DNA of 24,628 nucleotides from Candidatus Methylomirabilia bacterium (GTDB lineage: Bacteria > Methylomirabilota > Methylomirabilia > Rokubacteriales > CSP1-6). Under the pieces are notes generated by a model. The model was not told the origin of the DNA and did not search any database. It saw nothing but the letters and a program-made list of their open reading frames with translations. The first letter of the stretch is position 1; every line of letters starts with the position of its first letter. Both the position numbers and the translations under genes were made by a program. The stretch lies in contig JBGQHJ010000070.1 of assembly GCA_041497895.1 (NCBI GenBank), positions 1 to 24,628 of the forward strand. Direction: 5' to 3'. Positions 12,203 to 20,596 of this stretch are shown here, piece by piece.

Positions 12203-14068
12203 CTAGTGCCCGTGCCCGGTGGGGGGCCGGTGCAGCTCCATGGCGAACTTGTACATCAGGATCAGCGTGAGCACCCCCCCGATCGCGACCTGGACCATGC
12301 TGATCATCAGCCCGGACACCATCACCCCGAGCGCGAGGGCGAGCAGGAGCGGCCAGAAGGACGTCGGCGGCATGTGGATCGCCGCGATCTCGGCCGCGGT
12401 CACCGGGCCACCCTTGGGCCGCGGGGCGCCGCCGTGCCCGTCGCCGTACTTCTGGAGCCAGAAGTCGTCGCGGTCCTGCACCTGGGGCAGGCGCGCGAAG
12501 TTGTAGACCGGGGGCGGGGAGGGGATCGACCACTCCAGCGTCCGGGCGTCCCAGGGGTCGTTGCCGGCCACCGTCCCGCCGCGCCGCGTCTTGATCACGT
12601 TGGCGATGAAGAAGAGCAGGGACACCGCGATCAGGAATGCCCCGATCGTCGAGATCAGGTTCCAGAAGGTCCAGCCCAGGTCGGGCGCGTAGGTGTAGAT
12701 CCGCCGCGGCATCCCGATGAGGCCGAGGTAGTGCTGGGGGAAGAAGGTCATGTTGAAGCCGACCATCATGAGCCAGAAGTGCCACAGGCCGAGGCGCTCG
12801 TCGAGCAGCTTGCCGGTGATCTTCGGCCACCAGTAGTAGATGCCGGAGAAGAGGCCGAAGATCGAGCCGCCGAAGAGCACGTAGTGGAAGTGGGCCACCA
12901 CGAAGTAGGTGTCGGTCTGCTGCAGGTCCACCGGGGGCGAGGCGTGCATGACCCCGGACAGGCCGCCCATAGTGAACATCGCGATGAAGCCGAGCGAGAA
13001 GTAGAGCGGGGTCCGGAAGCGGATGGTGCCGCCCCAGAGGGTGCCGATCCAGTTGAGGATCTTCACCCCGGTCGGCACCGCGATCAGCATGGTGGAGATC
13101 GAGAACGCGGCGTCGGCCACCGGCCCCATGCCCACCGAGAACATGTGGTGGCTCCAGACCCCGAAGCCGAAGAAGCCGATCATGATGCCGGAGTAGATCA
13201 CCACCGGCGCCCCGAAGAGCGGCTTGCGCGAGAAGGTCGGCAGCACCTCCGAGACGATGCCCATCGCGGGCAGGATCAGGATGTAGACCTCGGGGTGGCC
13301 GAAGATCCAGAAGAGGTGCTGCCAGAGCAGCGGGTCGCCGCCCGCGGCGGGGGCGTAGAAGAGGGTGCCGAAGAACCGGTCGAACATCAGGAGGATGAGC
13401 GCGACCGTGATCGCGGGGAAGGCGAGCACGAGCAGGAACTGGGTCACGAAGCTCATCCAGATGAACACCGGCATCCGCATCAGGGTCATGCCGGGCGCCC
13501 GCATGTTGATGATCGTCACCAGGAAGTTGAAGCCGGCCAGCATCGACGAGATGCCGAGGATCTGCAGACCGAGCATCCAGAAGTCGATGGTGTGGCGCGG
13601 AGAGAACTGGGTCGAGGTCAGGTTGGCGTAGCCGAACCAGCCGCCGTCCGGGGCCAGCCCGAAGAGCCAGCTCGAGTTCAGGAACAGGGCCCCCGAGAGG
13701 AAGATCCAGTAGGAGAGCGCGTTCAGGCGCGGGAACGCCACGTCGCGCGCCCCGATCATGAGCGGGATCATGTAGTTGAAGAAGGCCGCGCTCAACGGCA
13801 TCACGGCCAGGAAGATCATGGTGGTGCCGTGCATCGTGAACAGCTCGTTGAACCGCTCGGGGCCGACCAGGGTGTTGTCCGGCCGCGCGAGCTGCAGCCG
13901 CATGATCAGGGCCTCGATGCCTCCCACCAGCAAGAAGATGAAGGCGGAGGTGCCGTACAGGATCCCGATCCGCTTGTGGTCGACCGTCGTCAGCCAGGAC
14001 CAGACGGTTCCCCAGAAGGTCTCGGTCTCGACCTTCGAGCCGGGCATGAATGCCGCCTGAGTGGCCAT
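12203..14068 (-). CDS. ctaD: Cytochrome c oxidase subunit I, A1 type
   Basis: TVDHKRIG, TMHGT, GARDVAFPRLN, WIFGHPEVY, WSHHMF, PTGVKI, VVAHFHYV, GMPRR; two extra C-terminal TM helices. Confidence 0.98.
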   Translation of the reverse strand: MATQAAFMPGSKVETETFWGTVWSWLTTVDHKRIGILYGTSAFIFLLVGGIEALIMRLQLARPDNTLVGPERFNELFTMHGTTMIFLAVMPLSAAFFNYMIPLMIGARDVAFPRLNALSYWIFLSGALFLNSSWLFGLAPDGGWFGYANLTSTQFSPRHTIDFWMLGLQILGISSMLAGFNFLVTIINMRAPGMTLMRMPVFIWMSFVTQFLLVLAFPAITVALILLMFDRFFGTLFYAPAAGGDPLLWQHLFWIFGHPEVYILILPAMGIVSEVLPTFSRKPLFGAPVVIYSGIMIGFFGFGVWSHHMFSVGMGPVADAAFSISTMLIAVPTGVKILNWIGTLWGGTIRFRTPLYFSLGFIAMFTMGGLSGVMHASPPVDLQQTDTYFVVAHFHYVLFGGSIFGLFSGIYYWWPKITGKLLDERLGLWHFWLMMVGFNMTFFPQHYLGLIGMPRRIYTYAPDLGWTFWNLISTIGAFLIAVSLLFFIANVIKTRRGGTVAGNDPWDARTLEWSIPSPPPVYNFARLPQVQDRDDFWLQKYGDGHGGAPRPKGGPVTAAEIAAIHMPPTSFWPLLLALALGVMVSGLMISMVQVAIGGVLTLILMYKFAMELHRPPTGHGH

Positions 14069-14078
14069 GGCGATCCCC

Positions 14079-15128
14079 TTAACTCAGGCTGAGCAGGAAG
14101 GCGGCCAGCGCCTTGCTCTGCTCGCCGGTCATTCCCAGGTTCGGCATGAGGGCTCCGGGCTTCATGTGGTCGGGATTCTCGATCCACTTGACGAGGTTGT
14201 CCGGGGTCGACTCCATGAGCGAGCCGGCGAACCGCGCGCGGCTCGCGAAGTGGGTCAGGTCCGGGCCGATGTGCCCCGCCGAGATCCCGGTGATGGTGTG
14301 GCATCCCACGCAGGCCGACTGGGTGAAGATCGTCTTGCCCTGCTGGGCGAGCGCGTCCGCGGACTCGACCGGTGGAGCCTGCTGGGTCTTGACCCACTTC
14401 TCGAACTCGGCGGGCGGGTGCACGATGACGCGGAAGCGCATGTTGGCGTGCGACATGCCGCAGTACTCCGCGCACTGCCCCGGGTAGTCGCCGGGGGTGT
14501 CCGGGGTCAGGGTGAGGTGGTTCACGCGGTGGGGGACCACGTCGCGCTTGCCGCCGAGCTGGGGCATCCAGAACGAGTGGATGACGTCGGGGGCGTTGAG
14601 CAGGAAGGTCGCGGTCTGCCCGACCGGGAGGTGGAGCTCGTTGGCGGTGGTGATCTTGAACTGCGGGTAGCGGAACTCCCACCACCACTGCTTGCCGACG
14701 ACCTCCACCCGCAGCGCGGTGGCGGCGGGCGCCTCCTGCGTCTTGAAGATCACGCGGATCGTCGGGATCGCGAAGACGAGCAGGATCACCGCGAAGGCGA
14801 TGGTCCAGCCCACCTCGAGGGCGGTGTGCCCGTGCACCTGCTTCGGGATCGGCGCGCCCGCGCGGTCCCGGAAGCGCCAGCAGACGTAGACCAGCGCCGC
14901 CTCCACCGCGATGAAGATGCCGAGTGTCCACCACGAGATCAGCATGAAGATCTCGTGGGTCATCTTCCCGAAGTCCGACTTCGGGATCACCGTGCTCATC
15001 GGGGTGTCCCAGTTCCAGCCCACCGCGCTGCAGGAGCAGGCGAGTACCAGGACCGCGCCCAGCAGGCACGCGAGCGTCCAGTCGAAGCGCTTCCGGGGGT
15101 GGGGGCTCGTCGCGGGTGGCTGGATCAT
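14079..15128 (-). CDS. ctaC: Cytochrome c oxidase subunit II with fused cytochrome c domain (caa3 type)
   Basis: LEVGWT, GKQWWWEFRY, DVIHSFW, CuA motif CAEYCGMSHANM, heme c motif CVGCH with GPDL and MPN. Confidence 0.97.
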   Translation of the reverse strand: MIQPPATSPHPRKRFDWTLACLLGAVLVLACSCSAVGWNWDTPMSTVIPKSDFGKMTHEIFMLISWWTLGIFIAVEAALVYVCWRFRDRAGAPIPKQVHGHTALEVGWTIAFAVILLVFAIPTIRVIFKTQEAPAATALRVEVVGKQWWWEFRYPQFKITTANELHLPVGQTATFLLNAPDVIHSFWMPQLGGKRDVVPHRVNHLTLTPDTPGDYPGQCAEYCGMSHANMRFRVIVHPPAEFEKWVKTQQAPPVESADALAQQGKTIFTQSACVGCHTITGISAGHIGPDLTHFASRARFAGSLMESTPDNLVKWIENPDHMKPGALMPNLGMTGEQSKALAAFLLSLS

Positions 15129-15146
15129 GGCGTGGTCTGGGTTCCT

Positions 15147-15413
15147 CTAGCGCGGGGTCGCCGCCGACTGGGTCGACGGGCCGGTCGCCGCGACGGCGGG
15201 CCGGTGGACGTCGACCACGACCACCCAGCTCCGGGCGGCCAGGAAGAGCACGAGGAGCACCGGGATGCAGGTCCACAGCAGATCGGTCCTGCGGCGGGCG
15301 CTCCGCGACGACACCGCCCGGCGCGACCTCAGGACGAAAGCCAGCGATTTGGCCTGGGCGACCAGGAAGACGGTCAGGACCAGGGCCAGCAGCAGGTGCA
15401 CTATCGTGGGCAC
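15147..15413 (-). CDS. Small two-TM membrane protein resembling the COX2 transmembrane domain
   Basis: 88 aa; GAGG SD before GTG; two hydrophobic helices; TDLLWTCIPVLLVLFLA resembles COX2 helix II; fills the gap between the promoter and ctaC. Confidence 0.7.
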   Translation of the reverse strand: MPTIVHLLLALVLTVFLVAQAKSLAFVLRSRRAVSSRSARRRTDLLWTCIPVLLVLFLAARSWVVVVDVHRPAVAATGPSTQSAATPR

Positions 15414-15452
15414 AACATCCTCATTGAAGTGATGGCGCCGGAATCAACGCGG

Positions 15453-15498
15453 AGTGTACTTGATCCCGCGGACCCTTGCCAAGTGGAAACTTTCACAT
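15453..15498 (-). promoter_or_regulatory. Putative sigma70 promoter of the cta operon with an adjacent imperfect palindrome
   Basis: Minus strand TTGGCA-N18-TACACT; ATGTGAAAGTTTCCACTT overlaps the start of the -35; AT-rich relative to the flanks. Confidence 0.5.
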
Positions 15499-15524
15499 GC
15501 ACGCGCCGCCGGCCGGCAGCGCGC

Positions 15525-16757
15525 TCACCCGGCCAGGCGCAGGAGCGTGTGGAGGAGCGCGTTCGTGCCTCGGCCGATCGCCTTCCAGTCGCTCATCTCG
15601 TCCGGCCGGTGGCTGCGGCCGCCGCGGGACGGGATGAAGAGCATGCCGGAGGCGGTGACCCCGGCCAGGTTCTGCGCGTCGTGGCCGGCGCCCGAGGGCA
15701 TCCGCCGGGTGCGCAGCCGCAGGGCGTCGCACGCCGCCTGCACCGCGTCCATGACCAGTGGCGCGCAGCGCGCCGGCTCGGTGCGCGAGAGCATGTCGAC
15801 GACCACGCGCAGGCCCCGGCGCCGCGCCACCGTGCGGGCGAGGGTGACGCACTCGCGATCGAGCCGGGCGAGGATCCGCGGGTCGAGCTCGCGCATCTCC
15901 TGCATCAGCACCGCGCGGGCCGGGACGATGTTGGAGACGCCGGGGGAGAGCTCGATGCGACCGAAGTTGGTCACGCTCCGGCCGCTGCCCTTCCGGACGA
16001 TGTGCTCGCGCGCCTTCAGCGCGTACTCGCAGGCGGCCAGGAAGGCGTCCTTCCGCCTGGCCATCGGGGTGGTGCCCGCGTGGTCGGGCTCGCCGATGAA
16101 CGTGAGGCGGTTCCGGCGGATGCCCACGATGCCCTCCACGAGCCCGATGGGGACGCGCGCCTGCTCGAGGTGCGGGCCCTGCTCGATGTGCAGCTCGACG
16201 TAGGCGTGCAGGGTGCGCGGGTCGCAGCGCGCCTCCGCGACACGGGTCGCGTCGTACCCGGCCCGCGCCATCGCCTCCACCAGGGACTCGCCGTCGAGCG
16301 CGCGCAGGGTGGGGAGCTGCGCCAGGTCGAGTCGCCCGGTGAAGGCGCGCGAGCCGAAGAGGCTGCCGTAGCGGCCCTCCTCGTCGCTCCACGCCACCAC
16401 CGCGAGGGGCCGCCGCACGGGCAGGCGCCCCTCCTTCACGGTCTGCAGGCACTCGAGGCCGGCCAGGACTCCCAGAGCGCCGTCGAGGGGCCCACCCTCG
16501 GGGACGGTGTCGATGTGGGAGCCGGTGAGGACCGCCGCGCCCTCGCCGGGCAGCATCCCGAAGGTGTTGCCGGCCGCGTCCACCCGCGTCTCGAGCCCCG
16601 CGGCCTTCATCTTCGACAGCAGCCACGCCCGCGCCTGCTCGTGGGCCGGGCTCCAGCAGGACCGCGTGATGCCGTGGCCGTCGGCGTTCCTGCCGTAGGT
16701 GGAGAGGGTCTCGATGTGTTCCTTCAGGCGCGGCAGGGAGATGCCCGAGGTGGCCAT
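15525..16757 (-). CDS. M20-family Zn-dependent amidohydrolase (allantoate amidohydrolase / N-carbamoyl-L-amino acid hydrolase type)
   Basis: TGSHIDTV..GG..DGALGV, DEEG, ELHIEQGP, HAGTTPM, SGAGHDA, SHRPDE; ATG at 16757 preferred. Confidence 0.92.
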   Translation of the reverse strand: MATSGISLPRLKEHIETLSTYGRNADGHGITRSCWSPAHEQARAWLLSKMKAAGLETRVDAAGNTFGMLPGEGAAVLTGSHIDTVPEGGPLDGALGVLAGLECLQTVKEGRLPVRRPLAVVAWSDEEGRYGSLFGSRAFTGRLDLAQLPTLRALDGESLVEAMARAGYDATRVAEARCDPRTLHAYVELHIEQGPHLEQARVPIGLVEGIVGIRRNRLTFIGEPDHAGTTPMARRKDAFLAACEYALKAREHIVRKGSGRSVTNFGRIELSPGVSNIVPARAVLMQEMRELDPRILARLDRECVTLARTVARRRGLRVVVDMLSRTEPARCAPLVMDAVQAACDALRLRTRRMPSGAGHDAQNLAGVTASGMLFIPSRGGRSHRPDEMSDWKAIGRGTNALLHTLLRLAG

Positions 16758-16812
16758 GGACGCCGCGAGTATACCGCACACTCCGGATGCGCCGGGGCGG
16801 CCGGCGAAGACC

Positions 16813-16863
16813 TTGACACTTTCTCGCGCGGGCTCGTATCATGGTCACTGAATCTTCGTTCAG
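16813..16863 (+). promoter_or_regulatory. Sigma70 promoter with a downstream inverted repeat, upstream of the acyl-CoA dehydrogenases
   Basis: TTGACA(16813-16818)-N18-TATCAT(16837-16842); CTGAA-TCTTCG-TTCAG at 16848-16863. Confidence 0.65.
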
Positions 16864-16912
16864 CCTCATCTCGGTCAACCTCGGTGAGCCGCACCAGCGC
16901 GCGGGAGGGTGT

Positions 16913-18109
16913 ATGGATTTCACGCTGACCCCTGAGCAGGAGTCCTTTCGCGACGAGGTGCGCGGCTGGCTGTCGAAGCAGATGCGACAGGACTGGGTGG
17001 CGCGCCTGAGCCGGGGCTCGGACATCCCGCGGCCCGAGGCCTACGATCTGCTGCGCCGGTGGCAGCGGCAGCTGTACGAGGCCGGCTTCGTCGGCCTCAC
17101 CTGGCCCAAGGAGGCGGGCGGGCGGGGGCTCTCCTTCATGGAGGAGATGATCCTCCAGCAGGAGATGGCCCTGTCGAAGGCGCCCCCGGTGCTCAACATC
17201 CTCGCCATCGGCATGGCCGGGCCCACCATCATCGCCTACGGGACCGACGAGCAGAAGAAGCGCTACCCGCCGAAGATGCTCTCGTGCGAGGAGATCTGGT
17301 GCCAGGGCTACTCGGAGCCGAACGCGGGCTCGGACCTGGCGTCGCTGCAGACCCGCGCGGTGAAGGACGGCGACCACTACGTGGTGAACGGCCAGAAGGT
17401 GTGGACGTCGCTCGCCCACGTGGCGGACTGGATGATGCTCCTGGCCCGCACGGACCCGGAGGCGCCCAAGCACAAGGGCATCACCTACTTCCTGCTGGAC
17501 ATGAAGAGCCCGGGTGTCAGCGTGAAGCCGCTCAAGCAGATGACGGGCGACGCGGAGTTCAACGAGGTCTACTTCGACAACGTCCGCGTCCACGAGTCGC
17601 AGATCCTGGGCGGTCTCAACAACGGCTGGGCGGTCGGGCTCACCACCCTGATGTACGAGCGGCTGGCCCTCGGCTTCGGCCTGCAGGTGCGGCTGCGCAT
17701 CGCGCTGGACAGCCTGGTCGACATGGCGCGCGCCACCAAGAAGAACGGGATCCCGGTCACGCAGGATCCGCTGATGCGGCAGAAGCTGGCCCAGATGTGG
17801 ATCGACACCGAGGTGTTCAAGTACACCGGGGCGCGCGCGATCACCAAGCTCTTGAAGGGCGAGCTGCCCGGCCCCGAGGCCTCCGCCGGCAAGATGATGT
17901 GGGTGGAAGGCCACCAGCGCGTGCAGGAGCTGGCCATGGAGATCCAGGGCTCGTTCAGCCAGCTCAGCCACGGCAGCGCGTGGGCGGTCGCCGACGGGCT
18001 CTGGCAGCACACCTTCCTGCGCTCGCGGGCCAACTCCATCGAGGGCGGCACCACCGAGATCCAGCGCAACATCATCGGCGAGCGCGTGCTCGGCCTCCCG
18101 AAAGGCTAA
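16913..18109 (+). CDS. Acyl-CoA dehydrogenase (likely catalytic subunit of a heteromeric pair)
   Basis: GGAGGG SD then MDFTLTPEQ; WCQGYSEPNAGSDLASL, NGQKVWTS, FNEVYFDNV, TLMYER, SIEGGTTEIQRNIIGERVLGLP. Confidence 0.94.
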   Translation: MDFTLTPEQESFRDEVRGWLSKQMRQDWVARLSRGSDIPRPEAYDLLRRWQRQLYEAGFVGLTWPKEAGGRGLSFMEEMILQQEMALSKAPPVLNILAIGMAGPTIIAYGTDEQKKRYPPKMLSCEEIWCQGYSEPNAGSDLASLQTRAVKDGDHYVVNGQKVWTSLAHVADWMMLLARTDPEAPKHKGITYFLLDMKSPGVSVKPLKQMTGDAEFNEVYFDNVRVHESQILGGLNNGWAVGLTTLMYERLALGFGLQVRLRIALDSLVDMARATKKNGIPVTQDPLMRQKLAQMWIDTEVFKYTGARAITKLLKGELPGPEASAGKMMWVEGHQRVQELAMEIQGSFSQLSHGSAWAVADGLWQHTFLRSRANSIEGGTTEIQRNIIGERVLGLPKG

Positions 18110-18113
18110 GGCC

Positions 18114-19250
18114 ATGAACTTCGGCTTCAACGACGAGCAGGAGCTCCTGCGGAGCACCGCGCGGAAGTTCTTCGAGAACGAGTGCGGCTCCGACACCGTG
18201 CGCCGCCTCATGGAGACCCCGGAGGGCATCAGCCCCGAGCTGTGGACGAAGATCGCCGAGCAGGGCTGGCTCGGCCTCGTCTTCCCGGAGGCCTACGACG
18301 GCATGGGCCTGGGCCTGGTCGACCTGGTGGTGCTCATGGAGGAGATGGGCCGCGCGGTGGTGCCCGGCCCCTACTTCTCCACCGTCCTCCTCGGCGGCCT
18401 CGCCGTCCTCGAGGCGGGCAGCGAGGCGCAGAAGAAGGAGTGGCTCCCCAGGATCGCGGCGGGCGACAAGCGGGTGGCGCTGGCCTGGATGGAGCCGAGC
18501 GCCCAGCTCGGCCCCGCCGGGGTGACCCTCACCGCGACGGAGAAGGGTGGGCGCTACACGCTCTCCGGCACCAAGCTCTTCGTGCACGACGCGCACACCG
18601 CCGACGCGCTGGTGGTGGCGGCGCGGACCCGGCCGGGCGCGGGCGCCGAGGGCGTCTCGCTGTTCCTGCTGCCCCGGGACACGAGCGGGCTCCGGGTGAC
18701 GCTCCTGCCCACCATGGACCAGACCCGCAAGCTCTGCGAGGTGACGTGCTCCGACGTGACGGTCGGCGCCGATGCGCTGCTCGGGGCGGCGGGGGCGGGC
18801 TGGGCCCCGCTCGGCCGCGTGCTCGACCGCGCCACCGTGGCCCTGTGCGCGGAGATGTGCGGGGGCGCCCAGAAGGTCCTCGACATGACGGTGGAGTACG
18901 CCAAGATCCGCCAGGCCTTCGGCCGGCCGATCGGCTCCTACCAGGGCGTGAAGCACCGCGCGGCCGACATGCTGGTGGACGTGGAGAACGGCAAGTCCAT
19001 CACCTACTACGCGGCGTGGGCGCTGGACGAGGGCGCCGCGGAGGCCCCGCTCGCGGTGAGCATGGCCAAGGCCTACGTCTCCGACGCTTTCCGCCGGGTG
19101 GCCGCGGCGGGGATCCAGCTCCACGGGGGCATCGGCTTCACGTGGGAGCACGACCTCCACCTCTACTTCAAGCGCGCGAAGGGCTCGGAGTTCACCTTCG
19201 GTGATGCCACCCACCATCGCGAGCGGGTCGCTCAGCTCGTGAACCTGTAG
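18114..19250 (+). CDS. Acyl-CoA dehydrogenase (likely partner subunit)
   Basis: MNFGFNDEQ, EEMGR..VPGP, LSGTKLFV, MDQTR, RQAFGRPIGSYQGVKH, IQLHGGIGFTWEHDLHLYFKRA; 4 nt after the previous stop. Confidence 0.93.
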   Translation: MNFGFNDEQELLRSTARKFFENECGSDTVRRLMETPEGISPELWTKIAEQGWLGLVFPEAYDGMGLGLVDLVVLMEEMGRAVVPGPYFSTVLLGGLAVLEAGSEAQKKEWLPRIAAGDKRVALAWMEPSAQLGPAGVTLTATEKGGRYTLSGTKLFVHDAHTADALVVAARTRPGAGAEGVSLFLLPRDTSGLRVTLLPTMDQTRKLCEVTCSDVTVGADALLGAAGAGWAPLGRVLDRATVALCAEMCGGAQKVLDMTVEYAKIRQAFGRPIGSYQGVKHRAADMLVDVENGKSITYYAAWALDEGAAEAPLAVSMAKAYVSDAFRRVAAAGIQLHGGIGFTWEHDLHLYFKRAKGSEFTFGDATHHRERVAQLVNL

Positions 19251-19264
19251 CCTCCGCTCCGTCC

Positions 19265-20596
19265 ATGATCAAGCGGGTCCGGGAGCACATGGGCCGGTGG
19301 ATCCGGCGCGACCCCCGCGAGATACCGCCGGAAGCCCTGCTCTTCGCCGATCACGAGGAGATCCAGGACATCGCGCGCCAGATCCGCCGCACCAAGGTGG
19401 AGATGGACCGCGCGGTGCTCGCGATGCGCAGCTGGGCGCGCGACCTCGGGCGCCGGCTGGCCGACGCGCCGCGGGGGCTCTCCCGGGGCGAGGACCTGCG
19501 GGCCCTCGGCGAGACGGTGGGCGGCCTCGCGCACAACTTCAACAACTCCCTTGCCGCGATCCTCGCCTACACCGAGCTGATGCTCCGCGAGAGCGAGTCG
19601 GAGGCGGCCCGGCGCCGGCTGGTGGTGATTCGCGACGTGGCCCTCGAGGCCTCCGCCACGGTTCGCAAGCTGCAGGAGTTCGTCTCCCGCCAGCCCCAGG
19701 TCGCCTTCGGGCCGGTGGGTCTGCCCGCGGTGATCGCGGAGGCGCTCGAGCTGACCGCGCCGCGCTGGCGGGACGAGGCGGAGCGCAAGGGCACCGTCAT
19801 CGCGGTCACCCAGGACATGGAGGCGCTGCCTCCGGTCGAGGGCAACGCCTTCGAGCTGCGGGACGCGCTCGTGCGCCTGATTCACAACGCGGTCGACGCC
19901 ATGCCCAAGGGCGGCTCGCTCGCGATCCGGGCCGCGGCGGAGGCGTCGGGCTGGGTGGTGGTCGAGGTGCGCGACTCGGGGGTGGGGATGTCCGAGGAGA
20001 CGCGGCGGCGCCTGGCCGAGCACGCGCGGAGCCTCCAGCCCGGGCGCGGGACCAGCCAGGGCCTCGCCCACGTCTACGACATCGTCGAGCGCCACGGCGG
20101 CAGCGTGGCCATCGAGAGCGAGGTCGGCAAGGGCACCACCGTGCGCCTGCGCCTGCACGCGAGCCGCTTCCAGATCATCCCCGCCTCCGAGGGGCTCGCC
20201 GAGCGGCAGGTCTCGCCGGACCAGGCCGCGCGCGTGCTCCTGGTGGACGACGACCCGCGGCTCCTGAGCGTGCTCTCCGACGTGCTGGACAGCGAGGGCC
20301 ACGCGGTCACCACCGCCGCCAACGGCGAGGAGGCGCTCGCCGTCTTCGACCCGGGCGCCCACGACGTGGTGATCACGGACCTGGGCATGCCCAAGATGAA
20401 CGGCTGGGAGGTCGCCCAGCGCATCAAGGCCCGCTCCCCCGGGACCGCCGTGTTCATCCTGACCGGCTGGGGCGAGGGCGTCTCCGCGCACGAGTCCATG
20501 CAGTTCGTGGACCGCGTGATCGCCAAGCCGGTGTCGGCGGAGGCCCTGCTGGAGCAGCTCGCCGGACTCACGCGCTCGCGCATCCCGCCGGCGTGA
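19265..20596 (+). CDS. Hybrid histidine kinase-like protein (HisKA + HATPase_c + receiver) with no evident sensor domain
   Basis: H-box GGLAHNFNNSL, HNAVDAM, VRDSGVGM, HGG....SEVGKGTT; receiver VLLVDDD, ITDLGMP, ILTG, AKP. Confidence 0.9.
   Translation: MIKRVREHMGRWIRRDPREIPPEALLFADHEEIQDIARQIRRTKVEMDRAVLAMRSWARDLGRRLADAPRGLSRGEDLRALGETVGGLAHNFNNSLAAILAYTELMLRESESEAARRRLVVIRDVALEASATVRKLQEFVSRQPQVAFGPVGLPAVIAEALELTAPRWRDEAERKGTVIAVTQDMEALPPVEGNAFELRDALVRLIHNAVDAMPKGGSLAIRAAAEASGWVVVEVRDSGVGMSEETRRRLAEHARSLQPGRGTSQGLAHVYDIVERHGGSVAIESEVGKGTTVRLRLHASRFQIIPASEGLAERQVSPDQAARVLLVDDDPRLLSVLSDVLDSEGHAVTTAANGEEALAVFDPGAHDVVITDLGMPKMNGWEVAQRIKARSPGTAVFILTGWGEGVSAHESMQFVDRVIAKPVSAEALLEQLAGLTRSRIPPA

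Noticed and set aside
15429..15464. FNR box upstream of the cta operon
   Set aside because: TTGAT and ATCAA half-sites are present, but their spacing and order do not fit TTGAT-N4-ATCAA.
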